A DNA stretch of 64,000 bases, taken from positions 229,064-293,063 of the forward strand of contig CAWKBU010000029.1 of NCBI GenBank assembly GCA_963847975.1. Reading direction: 5' to 3'. Below the pieces are notes generated by a model that was not told where the DNA came from, searched no databases, and saw nothing but the letters and a program-made list of their open reading frames with translations. Both the position numbers and the translations under genes were made by a program. Positions 1 through 9,193 of this stretch are shown here, in pieces (positions within the stretch are counted from its first letter, which is position 1; every line of letters starts with the position of its first letter). This DNA is from an uncultured Acidobacteriota bacterium (lineage in GTDB: Bacteria; Acidobacteriota; Vicinamibacteria; Vicinamibacterales; 2-12-FULL-66-21).

Positions 1-98
1 GAACAACCGGCCCGAGTGGATCGGCATCCCGGTCAGCGGCCTGCTGGAACTGCTGAATCTCCGGTAGCCCAATCGCCCGTGACCAGATGACCTGAGTC

Positions 99-310
99 TC
101 TTCGTGTTCATCGCGTCATCGTGTTCATCGTGAAAGCTGGCCGTCGGCTCGTGCAGTCTAGAACCCGTCACAGATGCTGTCACGGCCCACGTTGTCCACA
201 CGATGCCCACGATGACACGAAGGGCACGATGGGCCTCTAAAGGGTGTTCTTCGTGTTCATCGAGTCATCGTGTTCATCGTGAACGCTGGCCGTCGGCTCG
301 TGCAGTCTAG
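99..310. repeat. Intergenic repeat cluster: two 63-nt direct copies (99-161 and 248-310, 61/63 identical) bracketing an inverted related unit (176-235)
   Basis: Read directly: tcttcgtgttcatcg[c/a]gtcatcgtgttcatcgtgaa[a/c]gctggccgtcggctcgtgcagtctag occurs twice. The spacer carries cacgatgcccacgatgacacgaa, the reverse complement of a ttcgtgtcatcgtgggcatcgtg core related to the direct copies, so hairpins are possible. Another inverted copy of the spacer unit lies at 50173-50226. Confidence 0.85.
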
Positions 311-483
311 TTCTGGTCCAATTTACGGGTGGGTTCTGGCCTGAGGTTTGTGACATCCTACCGGGCAAGTCTCCAATCGCGGTCTCCAGCTCTTCGGTGG
401 TTTTACTACCGAGCAGCTGGGCGGGCAGCCAGCGCAGAGACGGCGAGGCCCGCACGAGTGGCGGTCTCGACCCGGTTCTCGAC

Positions 484-1784
484 ATGGATCCCAACCGCCC
501 CTATCGGCCGCGCGTCTCGCGCGAAACGCGCCTGTTGCTGACGACCGCGCTCGTGGCGGTCGCCGCACTCTGGGTGCTCGCGCGCATCAGGTTTCCGGAT
601 CTGCCGGCGACACCGAACCCGGTCGCGCCGTTGCTCTCGCAACTGGCCATCACCCCAACGTTCGATGGCCTGGCGTCCGAAGTGGCACAACTGCAGGCGC
701 GCATCGAGCCGTCGCTCGTCGCGCTCGACGCGAGCGCGCTCGTGGGCAGGCGGCACAGCTCCCGCCGGCGCGGCTGCTGGCGCTGCGCATTCGCGACGAC
801 CTGGCGATCGCGTTGTTGCCGGCCGCCACTGCCCCGTGCACCGGCGGCGACCGATCGCGTGCTGGGCATCGACGCGGCCTCTGGGCTGGTCGTCGTCCGC
901 ATCGCGGCGGGACCGGCCGCGCCCGGCGTCCGTCGCGTGGGCGCCACGGCGGCCCGAGCGGCCGCGATTCCTGATGGTGACCGAGACGCCGGCCGAACGC
1001 ATCGCGCTGCGGCCGGTCTTCGTCACGTCCCTCGATCCGATCGAGAGCGTCGTGTGGTCCGACCTCATCTGGGTGGTCCCCGGACCGAGCGACGCTCGTG
1101 CCGGGCTCGTTCGTGTTCACGACGGCTGGCGAGTTCGCCGGCATGGTCGTCGAGCACGGCGGCCGGCGGGCGATCGTGCCCGCAGCGCTCGTCCTGGCCG
1201 GCGGCGAACGTCTGGTCGGCCGCGTGCGAGCCCGGCGGGTGACGTCGGGATCCACGTGCAAGCGCTGACACCTGACGTCGCGGCGGCGACCGGCGCGAGT
1301 GCTGGCGTCGTCGTCACATGGGTGGACCCGGCCGGGCCCGCGGCTGGAATCGTGGCGGTGGGCGACGTGATCGAGACCGCCGGTGGGCAACCGGTGCCGA
1401 CCCTCGAGCACTGGCGCGTCAGGCTCGCGCGCCTGGGAGCCGGCGAGACGCTGGCGCTCGGCGTCCGCGGACGCGGCACGCTGCGGGACATACAAGTGCT
1501 GGCGCCCGCGTCCGCTCGTCCGCCCTCGAACACGCCCGACGCTCGGACTGCGCCTGCAACGCGTGTCGCGCGCCGGCAGCCACCGTCCTCGGCGTCGACG
1601 CCGGTTCGGCGGCGGCCCGGGCGGGTCTCGCAGCCCGGGGACGTGATCACGTCCATCGGCGACCATCCGTCGCCGACGCCGCTCCAGGTGCGCACGGCGT
1701 TCGCCGCGGCTCCCGCCGGGCAGCCGATCCTGGTCGGCGTCACTCGTGGCGCCACTCACCTGCGTGACGACACTTCCACGATGA
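484..1784 (+). CDS. Membrane-anchored HtrA-like protein with two PDZ domains; readable only with about 8 frame corrections
   Basis: N-terminus MDPNRPYRPRVSRETRLLLTTALVAVAALWVLA (TM helix) in ORF 397..1242. Sensible sequence then hops between frames (pieces of ORFs 665.., 1318..1767, 1383..1646): RLLALRIRDDLAIALLPAA; RVLGIDAASGLVVVRIAAG; LVPGSFVFTTAGEFAGMVVEHGG; PDZ-like GIHVQALTPDVAAATGASAGVVVTWVDPAGPAAGIVAVGDVIETAGG; PDZ-like ATVLGVDAGSAAARAGL..GDVITSIGDHPSPTPLQVRT. Proposed stop TGA 1782-1784 overlaps the next ATG (ATGA). No catalytic triad recognised by eye. Confidence 0.55.
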
Positions 1785-2967
1785 CGTCCCTTCAGCTCGG
1801 CGGATACGACCCGCTGGACGCCCAGCTCGACGCATGTCGGCGATGCGCGATCGGCCGGCACGGCCGGCGGCGGCGCTCCTCGCTGCGCCGGCGCCTGGCG
1901 GGGTGGTCGGCCTCGTCGGTGCCCGTCGCCTCGCTGCTGCTCGTCGGCATGGCCATCGGGCCCCGCGGCATCAGCCTGCTGTCGCCGGGCGTGCTCTCGC
2001 TCCTCGATCCGGCGATGCCGGTGGCGCTGGCGGTGCTCGGCGCGCTCGTCGGGCTGAGTGTGGACGTTCGCGCGGTCGGCGGGCGGCGGGCGCTGGCGGC
2101 TGGCTTCGTCGAGTCCGCGCTCACGACCGCAATCGTCGCCGCGGGCATCGCGCTTCTCGCACCGATCGTCTGGCCGTCGACCGCGGCGCCGCTCTGGATG
2201 CTCGCGAGCGGCCTGGGACTGTGCGCCGCCACGTCGCTCGCCGTGCCGAGCGGCAATCCCACGGAGCCGCGCGCCGACGACCGTCGCGTCGTCGAGCTCG
2301 GCGTGCTCGCCCCGATTGTCTTCGGCGGCCTGCTCCTCGGTGTCACGTTACAGGGAGCGACGCTGGCCGCCCTCACGCTCGTCGGACAGGCGGCCGTCAT
2401 CGCCGTGCTGCTGGCGGGCTCGGCATGGCTCCTCCTCGCCCGGGCTTCGTCGGACACCGAGCAGCGCGTGTTTGCCTTCGCCGCGATGCTGCTGGTTGGC
2501 GGCGCCGCCGACTACTTGTCGCTCTCGGCGCTCTTGAGCGGGCTGATGGCGGGAGCATTCTGGCGGCTCGCGGGCGGGCCGGCGGAAGCGTCCCTGCGTC
2601 GCGACGCACTCTTTGTTCAGCACTCGTTGCTCGTCCTGGTGCTGGTGGTGGCCGGCGCGCGCACCGATTTCTCGCTGACCGCTGTCGCGGTCGCGGCCGA
2701 TGTATGTCTTTCTGCGAACGGCGGGCAAGTTGTTTGGCGGATGGGCCGCGGCGCCCGTGGCCGGGACGGCCGGCAATCGAGGGCTCGGGGCGCATCTCCT
2801 GTCGCCGGGCGTCTTCGGTGTCGCGCTCGCCCTGAACCTCGTTCCGGTCCGGGGTCCCTGACGCGACGACGTTGCTGTCGATCGTGGTGCTGGGCACGGT
2901 TGCCGCCGAGCTCGTCGCCGAAATCGGCCGGCCTCTCGAGGCGAAATCCGCGGAGATCGCGGATTGA
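1781..2967 (+). CDS. Cation/proton exchanger-family membrane protein (copy 1); frame changes near 2695 and 2858; start uncertain
   Basis: The hydrophobic multi-TM sequence LLLVGMAIGPRGISLLSPGVLSLLDPAMPVALAVLGALVGLSVD... resembles the Na+/H+ exchanger family N-terminus. The tail reads MYVFLRTAGKLFGGWAAAPVAG... (frame 0), then DATTLLSIVVLGTVAAELVAEIGRPLEAKSAEIAD* (frame 1). Stop TGA 2965-2967 overlaps the TTG start at 2964 of the next gene. Confidence 0.5.
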
Positions 2968-4261
2968 CCCGCATCGCCGCCGTGGCGCTCGCCGTTGGTG
3001 CCGTGATCTGGGTGCGGACGATCGGCACCGCGACCGCGACCGGGTCGGCGGGCACTGCGCTCGCCCTGGGCTTCGCGCTCGTCGGCGCGTGGGTCACTGG
3101 CGACGTGCTCCGCCGTTTCAATCTTCCGCGGCTGACGGGCTATCTGCTCTTCGGCATCATCGTCGGTCCCTACATCGGCAACGTCATCACCGAGTCGATG
3201 GCCGGCCAGCTCCAGGTGATCACCGGGATTGCGACCACGTTGATCGCGCTCATCGCCGGCCTGACGCTGAACCTCGATCGCATGGGCCGGCGGCTGGTGG
3301 CCATCGTGCGGATGACGGGCGCGACGCTGGCCATCGCCATGGCCGGCCTGGCCGTGCTCCTGTGGATCGCGTGGCCCTGGCTGCCGGTGGCGCCGGAGGC
3401 GACGGGCACGGCGCGGCTGGCGATGGTCGCGCTGCTGGTGGTGATCATCGTCAGCTTCTCGCCGACGATGACCGCCGCGGTGATCACCGACACCGGCGCG
3501 CGCGGCCGGCTGAGCGAGACCGTGCTCACGATGGTCGTCGTCGCCGACCTCGTCCTGCTCGTGCTGTTCTCGTGCGCCATGCAGGTCGCGCGCGTGGTGT
3601 TCAAGACGACGGACGGCGGGGCCATCGATGTCCTCGTGCGCTTTGCCTGGGAGATCGGCGGCGCGGTCGCCTTCGGCGTGCTCGTCGGCGCGCTGTTCGC
3701 GCTCTACATGCGCTACGTCGGACGCGAGGTGACGCTGGTGCTGCTCGGCGTGTGCACGATCCTCAGCCAGGTGGGAGCACGCAGGAGTTCGAGCCGCTCC
3801 TGGCGGCGGTCGCCGCGGGGCTGGTGATCGAGAATCTGGCGGTGGCGCAAGGCGATACGCTGCGCACGGCCGTGCAGCGCGGCGCGCCGCCGGTGCTCGT
3901 CGTCTTCTTCGCCGCGGTCGGCGCCTCGCTCAGGCTCGACGCGCTCGCCGCCGTCGGGCACGTCGCGATCGCCCTCGCGGTGATCCGGCTCGGGCTCATC
4001 CACACCGGCCTCCGGATCGGCCGGGCGCTCGCCGGGCTCGACGAGCGCGTCGGCAAGTACGCGTGGACCGGCCTCGTCTCCCAGGCAGGCATCACGCTCG
4101 GGTTCGCGTCGGTGGTGGCGGCGGAGTTTCCGGGCTGGGGCACGCAGGTGCAGTTGCTGCTCGTGGGCCTCATCGCCATCCACGAGATCGTCGGGCCGAT
4201 CGCGTTTCGACAGGGGCTGGCGCGGGCGAACGAGATCGACGCGCACGAGCCACGGCCGCTC
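2964..4261 (+). CDS. Cation:proton antiporter (Na+/H+ exchanger family, copy 2); frame change near 3775; reading frame runs into otsA without a stop
   Basis: ORF 2964..3827: LTGYLLFGIIVGPYIGNVITESMAGQLQVITGIATTLIALIAGLTLNLDRM..., an exchanger-family signature. It continues in the 665..5047 frame: TQEFEPLLAAVAAGLVIENLAV...YAWTGLVSQAGITLGFASVVAAEFPGWGTQVQLLLVGLIAIHEIVGPIAFRQGLARANEI. The indel site is gtgggagcacg (short G run). Confidence 0.65.
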
Positions 4262-5724
4262 ATGGTGGTCTCCAACCGCGAACCCTATCTGCACACCGAA
4301 GCGGGCGACGGCGCGATTGTGGCCAGCGCCGCGACCGGCGGCGTCGCCATCGCGCTCGATGCGTTGATGCGGGAGCGGGGCGGCGTGTGGATCGCGCACG
4401 GGGCCGGTCCGGCGGATCCGCTCGTGGTCGATGCCGCCGATCACGTGCGCGTTCCGCCCGACACTCCGTCGTACACGCTGCGCCGGCTCTGGCTCGAGGA
4501 GCCGACGTTCTCCGCCTACTACGGCGGGTTCGCCAACGAAGGGCTGTGGCCGCTCTGTCACGTCGTCGACGTGCGGCCGAAGTTCCGCGCCGAGGACTGG
4601 GCAGCCTACAAGGACGTCAACGCGCGCTTCGCCGCCGCCGTGCACGCCGAGCTCGGCACGACCGACGCGCCCGTCTTCATCCAGGACTATCACCTCGCGC
4701 TCGTCGCCCCGGCGCTCTGCGCACGCGGCGGCCGGACGCGAAGACGGCGCTCTTCTGGCACATCCCGTGGCCCACGCCGGATCGTCTCCGCATCTGTCCG
4801 TGGCGCACGGAGCTCCTCGAGGGACTGCTCGGCAACGATCTCCTCGCCTTCCAGCTCGAGCGTGACCGCGACAATTTCGTGCGCGCGGTCGAGGAGGAGC
4901 TGCAGGCCGACATCGAGATGGAATCCTCGCGCGTCACCTTCAACGGACGATCGAGCACGATCGTCGCGGTCCCGATCGGCGTCGACTACGACCGCATCCA
5001 GGCGATGGCCGCCGATCCGTCCCTGGCGCAGGAACAGCAGCGGCTGACGCAGGTGCTGGACCTCCGCGCCGACATCATCGGCCTCGGCGTCGATCGGCTC
5101 GACTACACCAAGGGGATTCCCGAACGCCTGGCCGCCATCGACGCGCTCATGCGCCGGCACCCCGAGCTGCGCGGCAAGCTGACGTTTGTCCAGATCGGCG
5201 TGCCGTCGCGGTCCGAGCTCGGGACCTACGCCGCGATCGAGGCCGAGATCAATCACGCGGTCGCCGACGTCAACGCCCGGCACGCCATCCGCGGTGGACC
5301 GCCGGTCGTCGCCTATCACAAGACGGCGTTGACGACGGCGAGCCTCGTGGCGCTCTATCGTCTGGCCGACTTCTGCGTCGTCAGCTCACTGCACGACGGC
5401 ATGAACCTCGTGGCGAAAGAGTTCGTCGCGGCGCGCGACGATGAAGACGGGGTGCTCGTCCTGAGCGCGCTCGCGGGGGCGGCGCAGGAGCTCCAGGACG
5501 CGCTCATCATCAACCCGTACGATGTCGAAGGATTTGCCGACGCGCTCGCCCGGGCGATCGTCATGCCCAGGGAGGAGCGCCGGATCCGCATGCGCGCGCA
5601 GCGCCGCGTCGTGGCCGGACGCAACGTGTTCGGCTGGGCCTCCGATATCCTCGAAGGCCTGGAGAGCCTGTGGACCAAGCCGCTGCACTACTCGGTGCGC
5701 GGTTGGGAAGACATGTCCGTGTAA
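4262..5724 (+). CDS. otsA: Alpha,alpha-trehalose-phosphate synthase (GT20); frame change near 4710
   Basis: MVVSNREPY...[11 protein letters not shown]...[33 protein letters not shown]...[12 protein letters not shown] | [30 protein letters not shown]...[15 protein letters not shown]...VQIGVPSRS...[14 protein letters not shown]...LIINPYD. These are classic OtsA motifs, split between the 665..5047 and 4063..5724 ORFs. ATG 4262 is the first plausible own start, but there is no upstream stop in frame. Confidence 0.85.
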
Positions 5725-5733
5725 ACGCCGCCC

Positions 5734-6507
5734 ATGACCGACATCCTTGCCGCGCGCAACCGTCCCACGCTCACCGCCTTTGCGAAGGCCAACGTCCTGC
5801 TCGCCTTCGACTACGACGGCACGCTGGCGCCGATTGCCGCCACGCCAGAACGGGCGCGACTGCCGGCCACCACGCGCAAGCTACTGACGACCGTCGCCCA
5901 CCACTACCCTTGCGTGGTGATCTCGGGCCGCCGGCTCGACGACGTGGTGAAACGGCTCGAGGGCATTCCGATCTGGTATGTGTTCGGCAACTTCGGGCAC
6001 GAGCCGGCGCCGCACGGGCATCGCCCGCCGGCGGGGGTCGCGGACTGGGCGCGGCGGCTCACCGAACGCTTGCCGACGCACCGCGGCCTGGTCATCGAGG
6101 AGAAGGCCTATTCAGTGACCATCCACTACCGCCACGTCAGCGACAAGCGGCGGGCGCTGGCGGCGATCGAGGACGCGGTCAGCGACCTTCCCGACGCGCG
6201 AACCATCGGCGGTACGCAGGCGCTCACGCTCCTGCCCCGCGGCGGACCGGACAAGGGCGTGGCGCTGCAACAGGCCCGCCGCCTCTTCCACTGCGACAAG
6301 GCGCTCTACATCGGAGACGACGACACCGACGAGGACGCGTTCAGGTCAGCCCCGCCCGAGCGGTTGCTGGCCATCCGCGTGGGTCACGCGCGAACGTCGG
6401 CCGCGCGCTTCCGGTTGAAGCGCCAGGCCGACATCGACAGGTTGTTGCGGACGTTGCTCGCCTTGCGGAGGACCGGTAGCGCGGCGGACGCGCTCGCCCA
6501 GAAGTGA
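5734..6507 (+). CDS. otsB: Trehalose-6-phosphate phosphatase (HAD-IIB)
   Basis: Intact 257-aa ORF. HAD motif I is FDYDGTLAP, the late motif is YIGDDDTDEDAF, and the start lies 10 nt after the otsA stop. Confidence 0.9.
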   Translation: MTDILAARNRPTLTAFAKANVLLAFDYDGTLAPIAATPERARLPATTRKLLTTVAHHYPCVVISGRRLDDVVKRLEGIPIWYVFGNFGHEPAPHGHRPPAGVADWARRLTERLPTHRGLVIEEKAYSVTIHYRHVSDKRRALAAIEDAVSDLPDARTIGGTQALTLLPRGGPDKGVALQQARRLFHCDKALYIGDDDTDEDAFRSAPPERLLAIRVGHARTSAARFRLKRQADIDRLLRTLLALRRTGSAADALAQK

Positions 6508-6509
6508 GG

Positions 6510-6713
6510 CTAGGTCGAAGTGCGGCGCACGTTCTCGGCCCGGGGGCCCTTCGGTCCCTGACCGACCTCGAACTCGACGCTGTCACCCTCGCGCAGGTTG
6601 TCGAGTCCCTCGCCGTACACGGCGCTCTGGTGGAAGAAATACTCTTTTCCGGCGTCGTCCTTGATGAACCCGAAGCCCTTGTCTACTCGTAGTGTCCGAA
6701 TCGTGCCTGTCAT
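6510..6713 (-). CDS. cspA: Cold-shock domain protein (CspA family)
   Basis: 67 aa. RNP1 motif KGFGFI and an RNP2-like FFH; GGAGG-type RBS (gggaggaaacg) before the ATG. Confidence 0.95.
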   Translation of the reverse strand: MTGTIRTLRVDKGFGFIKDDAGKEYFFHQSAVYGEGLDNLREGDSVEFEVGQGPKGPRAENVRRTST

Positions 6714-6837
6714 CGTTTCCTCCCATTGGCGCCCCTGACATCAAGGGCGACTAGTGAGCTTATCATCATCGATTGGGTTCGGTGAGTGGGAGGCGGCGGC
6801 CATGGCGGCCTGCACGCTGCCCGCGAGCACTGCCCGG

Positions 6838-6895
6838 TTGACAAGGCCGTCACGGCGTGTACAATACCAATTGGTTATGCAACTGATTGGTTATG
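6838..6895 (+). promoter_or_regulatory. Candidate sigma70-type promoter (TTGACA-16 nt-TACAAT) plus ArsR-type operator repeats overlapping the transcript start
   Basis: ttgaca 6838-6843 and tacaat 6860-6865. Immediately downstream are the 10-bp palindrome accaattggt (6866-6875) and the direct repeat attggttatg at 6870-6879 and 6886-6895, the latter covering the arsR-family start codons. Confidence 0.5.
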
Positions 6896-7255
6896 AATAC
6901 GACGACGACCCGGCTTGACGCTACCTTCGCCGCCCTCGCCGACCCGACTCGCCGCGCGATCCTCGCCCGCCTGGCCTCGGGCGACGCGACGGTAAACGAG
7001 CTCGCGGAACCGTTTGCCATGACGCAGCCGGCGATCTCGAAGCACCTCAAGGTGCTCGAGCGGGCCGGCCTCATCTCGCGAAATCGCGATGCCCAGCGGC
7101 GGCCGAGCCGGCTCGAGGCCAGGCGGCTGGCGGAAGCCAGCGCCTGGCTCGACCAGTACCGGCAGTTCTGGGAGGCGTCGTTCGCCCGTCTCGACACCGT
7201 CCTGAAAGAGTTGCAGCCGAAGGCTGCACGACGCGGGAAACCTGCCCGCCGCTGA
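6887..7255 (+). CDS. ArsR/SmtB-family transcriptional regulator
   Basis: FAALADPTRRAILARLASGDATVNELAEPFAMTQPAISKHLKVLERAGLI is a canonical ArsR wHTH. The start is either TTG 6887 or ATG 6893. Confidence 0.9.
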   Translation: MVMNTTTTRLDATFAALADPTRRAILARLASGDATVNELAEPFAMTQPAISKHLKVLERAGLISRNRDAQRRPSRLEARRLAEASAWLDQYRQFWEASFARLDTVLKELQPKAARRGKPARR

Positions 7256-7271
7256 CGCGAAAGGAGTCGCC

Positions 7272-7784
7272 ATGCTGTTCTACCCCGAGAGTTTCAAAGT
7301 CTCCACCCCCACCGACCGCGAAGTATTGGTCGAGCGTGACTTCCATGCCCCGCGCGAGCTCGTGTTCGAGGCGTTCACCAAACCGGAACTGGTCCGGCGC
7401 TGGCTCCTCGGCCCGGACGGCTGGACCATGCCCGTCTGCGAGATCGACCTCAGGCCGGGCGGCGCCTACCGCTACGTGTGGCGGAAGGAGGCGACGGGAA
7501 TGGAGATGGGGATGGGCGGAGTGTTCCGCGAAGTCGTCCGGCCGGAGAGGCTGGTCGCGACCGAGAAGTTCGACGACGCGTGGTATCCGGGTGAAGCCGT
7601 GGACACCACGACGTTCGAGGAGAAGGCGGGAATCACGAAGGTCACGTTGACCGTGCTCTACGAGTCGAAGGAGGCGCGCGATACCGCCTCCAGGTCCGGC
7701 ATGGAGCGCGGCATGGCCGCGGGCTACGACCGGCTCGAGCCGATCCTGGCGGAGATCGCGAAGGTCAGCGCCAGCGCCCGCTAG
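7272..7784 (+). CDS. SRPBCC / AHSA1-like (activator of Hsp90 ATPase homolog 1-like) protein
   Basis: 170 aa: VERDFHAPRELVFEAFTKPELVRRWLLGPDGW...GGAYRYVW.... This is the typical partner of ArsR regulators. The start is 16 nt after the arsR-family stop. Confidence 0.85.
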   Translation: MLFYPESFKVSTPTDREVLVERDFHAPRELVFEAFTKPELVRRWLLGPDGWTMPVCEIDLRPGGAYRYVWRKEATGMEMGMGGVFREVVRPERLVATEKFDDAWYPGEAVDTTTFEEKAGITKVTLTVLYESKEARDTASRSGMERGMAAGYDRLEPILAEIAKVSASAR

Positions 7785-9082
7785 TCCTGGCGCTCCTGGT
7801 TGCGACCCTGTTCCCACGCCTGGATCAAGGCGGTCGTGAGATCGTGCGCTACGCTGCGGACGCGTGATTCGAGGCGCGAAACGGCCTCGAGCTCCACGTT
7901 TCTATCCTCGTCCGCCGGGCTGCCTGAGCGCCGGACGAGGTTGGTGCTGCCGAGTTGGGCGCCCACGTCGTGTGCGAGCTCGCGCAGCTCGTGGGGTGAG
8001 CCGAGGCCGCCGACGGTGACTTCCCTGAGCGTGCGATCCCAGGTTTTCACCCACCAGCCGCGTGCAGCCGGGCGCGGGCTGACGAGTCCCGGCAGGGCGA
8101 CCAGGAGGCGCTGCTGCAGGCGGCCGATCTGCTCGATCCCTTCGACCGCGCGGGACGCCTCGGACATCATCGGGATACTCACGCACGACTCGCCCTTGAA
8201 CGCGTGCACTTCCTTCGCTTCGAGCACCAGATCGTCTTCGAGCGCCGGAGAGGGACCTTCGATCCGGAAGAGGAGCTTGGGCGTGAGGGCGCTGCCGATG
8301 CCGAGGCGAATCCAGCCGACCTTCTTGCGCGTCAGGAACGCCGGCGTGAACTCGGGATTCGACTCGGCCGCGAGACGCTCGACGAGCAGCCAGGCGACCT
8401 CCAGTGACTTTGCTTCAATCGCCGAGGGCGGCGACATGAGTGAGTCCGCCCAGGCGAGAAACACGGGCGCGGACCTCGCCGTCACGGTACGCAGCCGCCT
8501 CACCACCGCCGGATCGGGAGGCAGGTACGAGGGGTCAACGAGCGCCCGGCGATAGCCGGCGAAGAACGCGTTGACCGCCGTGGGCAGCGATGAGCTCCAC
8601 CCGCGCTGGACGGCGGCAAGCTCCAGAGACGCCAGGAAGCGGACGATGTCGACGACGGCCGGGCCACGAGCCGAGTCGTCGAAATCGTCCAGGCCGCGAG
8701 CGCCGTCGGTCACTGCGTACTGCTCGATGTGCGCGTCGCCGTGCAGTCGCGCCAGTGGCAGGCGGCCGTACTCCGACGCGAAGGCCTCGCATACCTCCTG
8801 CGTCCACGCCTGATTGACGAACCGGAAGAACGCCAAGGGGCTCGAGGCCAGCCGTTCACCGAGCTCCGGTGCATCAGCGGCGCGGGCCCACTCACTCGCG
8901 AAGCGTGACGCGGCAGTGCCGTTCGTCGGCGGCGACGGCCCGCCGTGGTGGGCAGCACACCCTACGAGCAGTGTACCTGACCACGGCAACTGCCGCCGGC
9001 AGGCCGGCACGCCACACGAAACGCGCGCAAGGATCTCCCTGAGCCAAGGCCATCGTCCGCTCTGTGCCGCTGATTGTGCCAT
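7781..9082 (-). CDS. DUF2252-like protein (start uncertain)
   Basis: SPLAFFRFVNQAW...LARLHGDAHIEQYAVTDGARGLDDFDDSARGPAVVDIVRFLASL matches the DUF2252 pattern (F.RG...GD.H..N.G...DFD.). The stop overlaps the convergent SRPBCC stop (CTAG). Confidence 0.65.
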   Translation of the reverse strand: MAQSAAQSGRWPWLREILARVSCGVPACRRQLPWSGTLLVGCAAHHGGPSPPTNGTAASRFASEWARAADAPELGERLASSPLAFFRFVNQAWTQEVCEAFASEYGRLPLARLHGDAHIEQYAVTDGARGLDDFDDSARGPAVVDIVRFLASLELAAVQRGWSSSLPTAVNAFFAGYRRALVDPSYLPPDPAVVRRLRTVTARSAPVFLAWADSLMSPPSAIEAKSLEVAWLLVERLAAESNPEFTPAFLTRKKVGWIRLGIGSALTPKLLFRIEGPSPALEDDLVLEAKEVHAFKGESCVSIPMMSEASRAVEGIEQIGRLQQRLLVALPGLVSPRPAARGWWVKTWDRTLREVTVGGLGSPHELRELAHDVGAQLGSTNLVRRSGSPADEDRNVELEAVSRLESRVRSVAHDLTTALIQAWEQGRNQERQD

Positions 9083-9193
9083 TGATCAGGTGACACGCTG
9101 GCGCCGGCGCGCCAGCATTTCTTCGCCCCGGCCTCGGGCCGGTTCGGCGCCGGCCGCGGGACCGGGGATAATGTGGGCTGGAGACTCGCCAGA

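Noticed and set aside
2-67. Possible 3' end of a + strand gene (...NNRPEWIGIPVSGLLELLNLR*) at the window edge
   Set aside because: Only 21 codons are available and I recognise no motif, so it cannot be supported as a feature.
665-5047. 1460-aa ORF, the longest in the track
   Set aside because: It is a chimera. Only segments make sense (part of the PDZ protein, antiporter 1, the C-terminal half of antiporter 2, the N-terminal half of OtsA). Long Arg/Pro/Gly-rich nonsense lies between them where the real genes run in other frames. Stop codons are rare in this GC-rich DNA, so shifted frames stay open.
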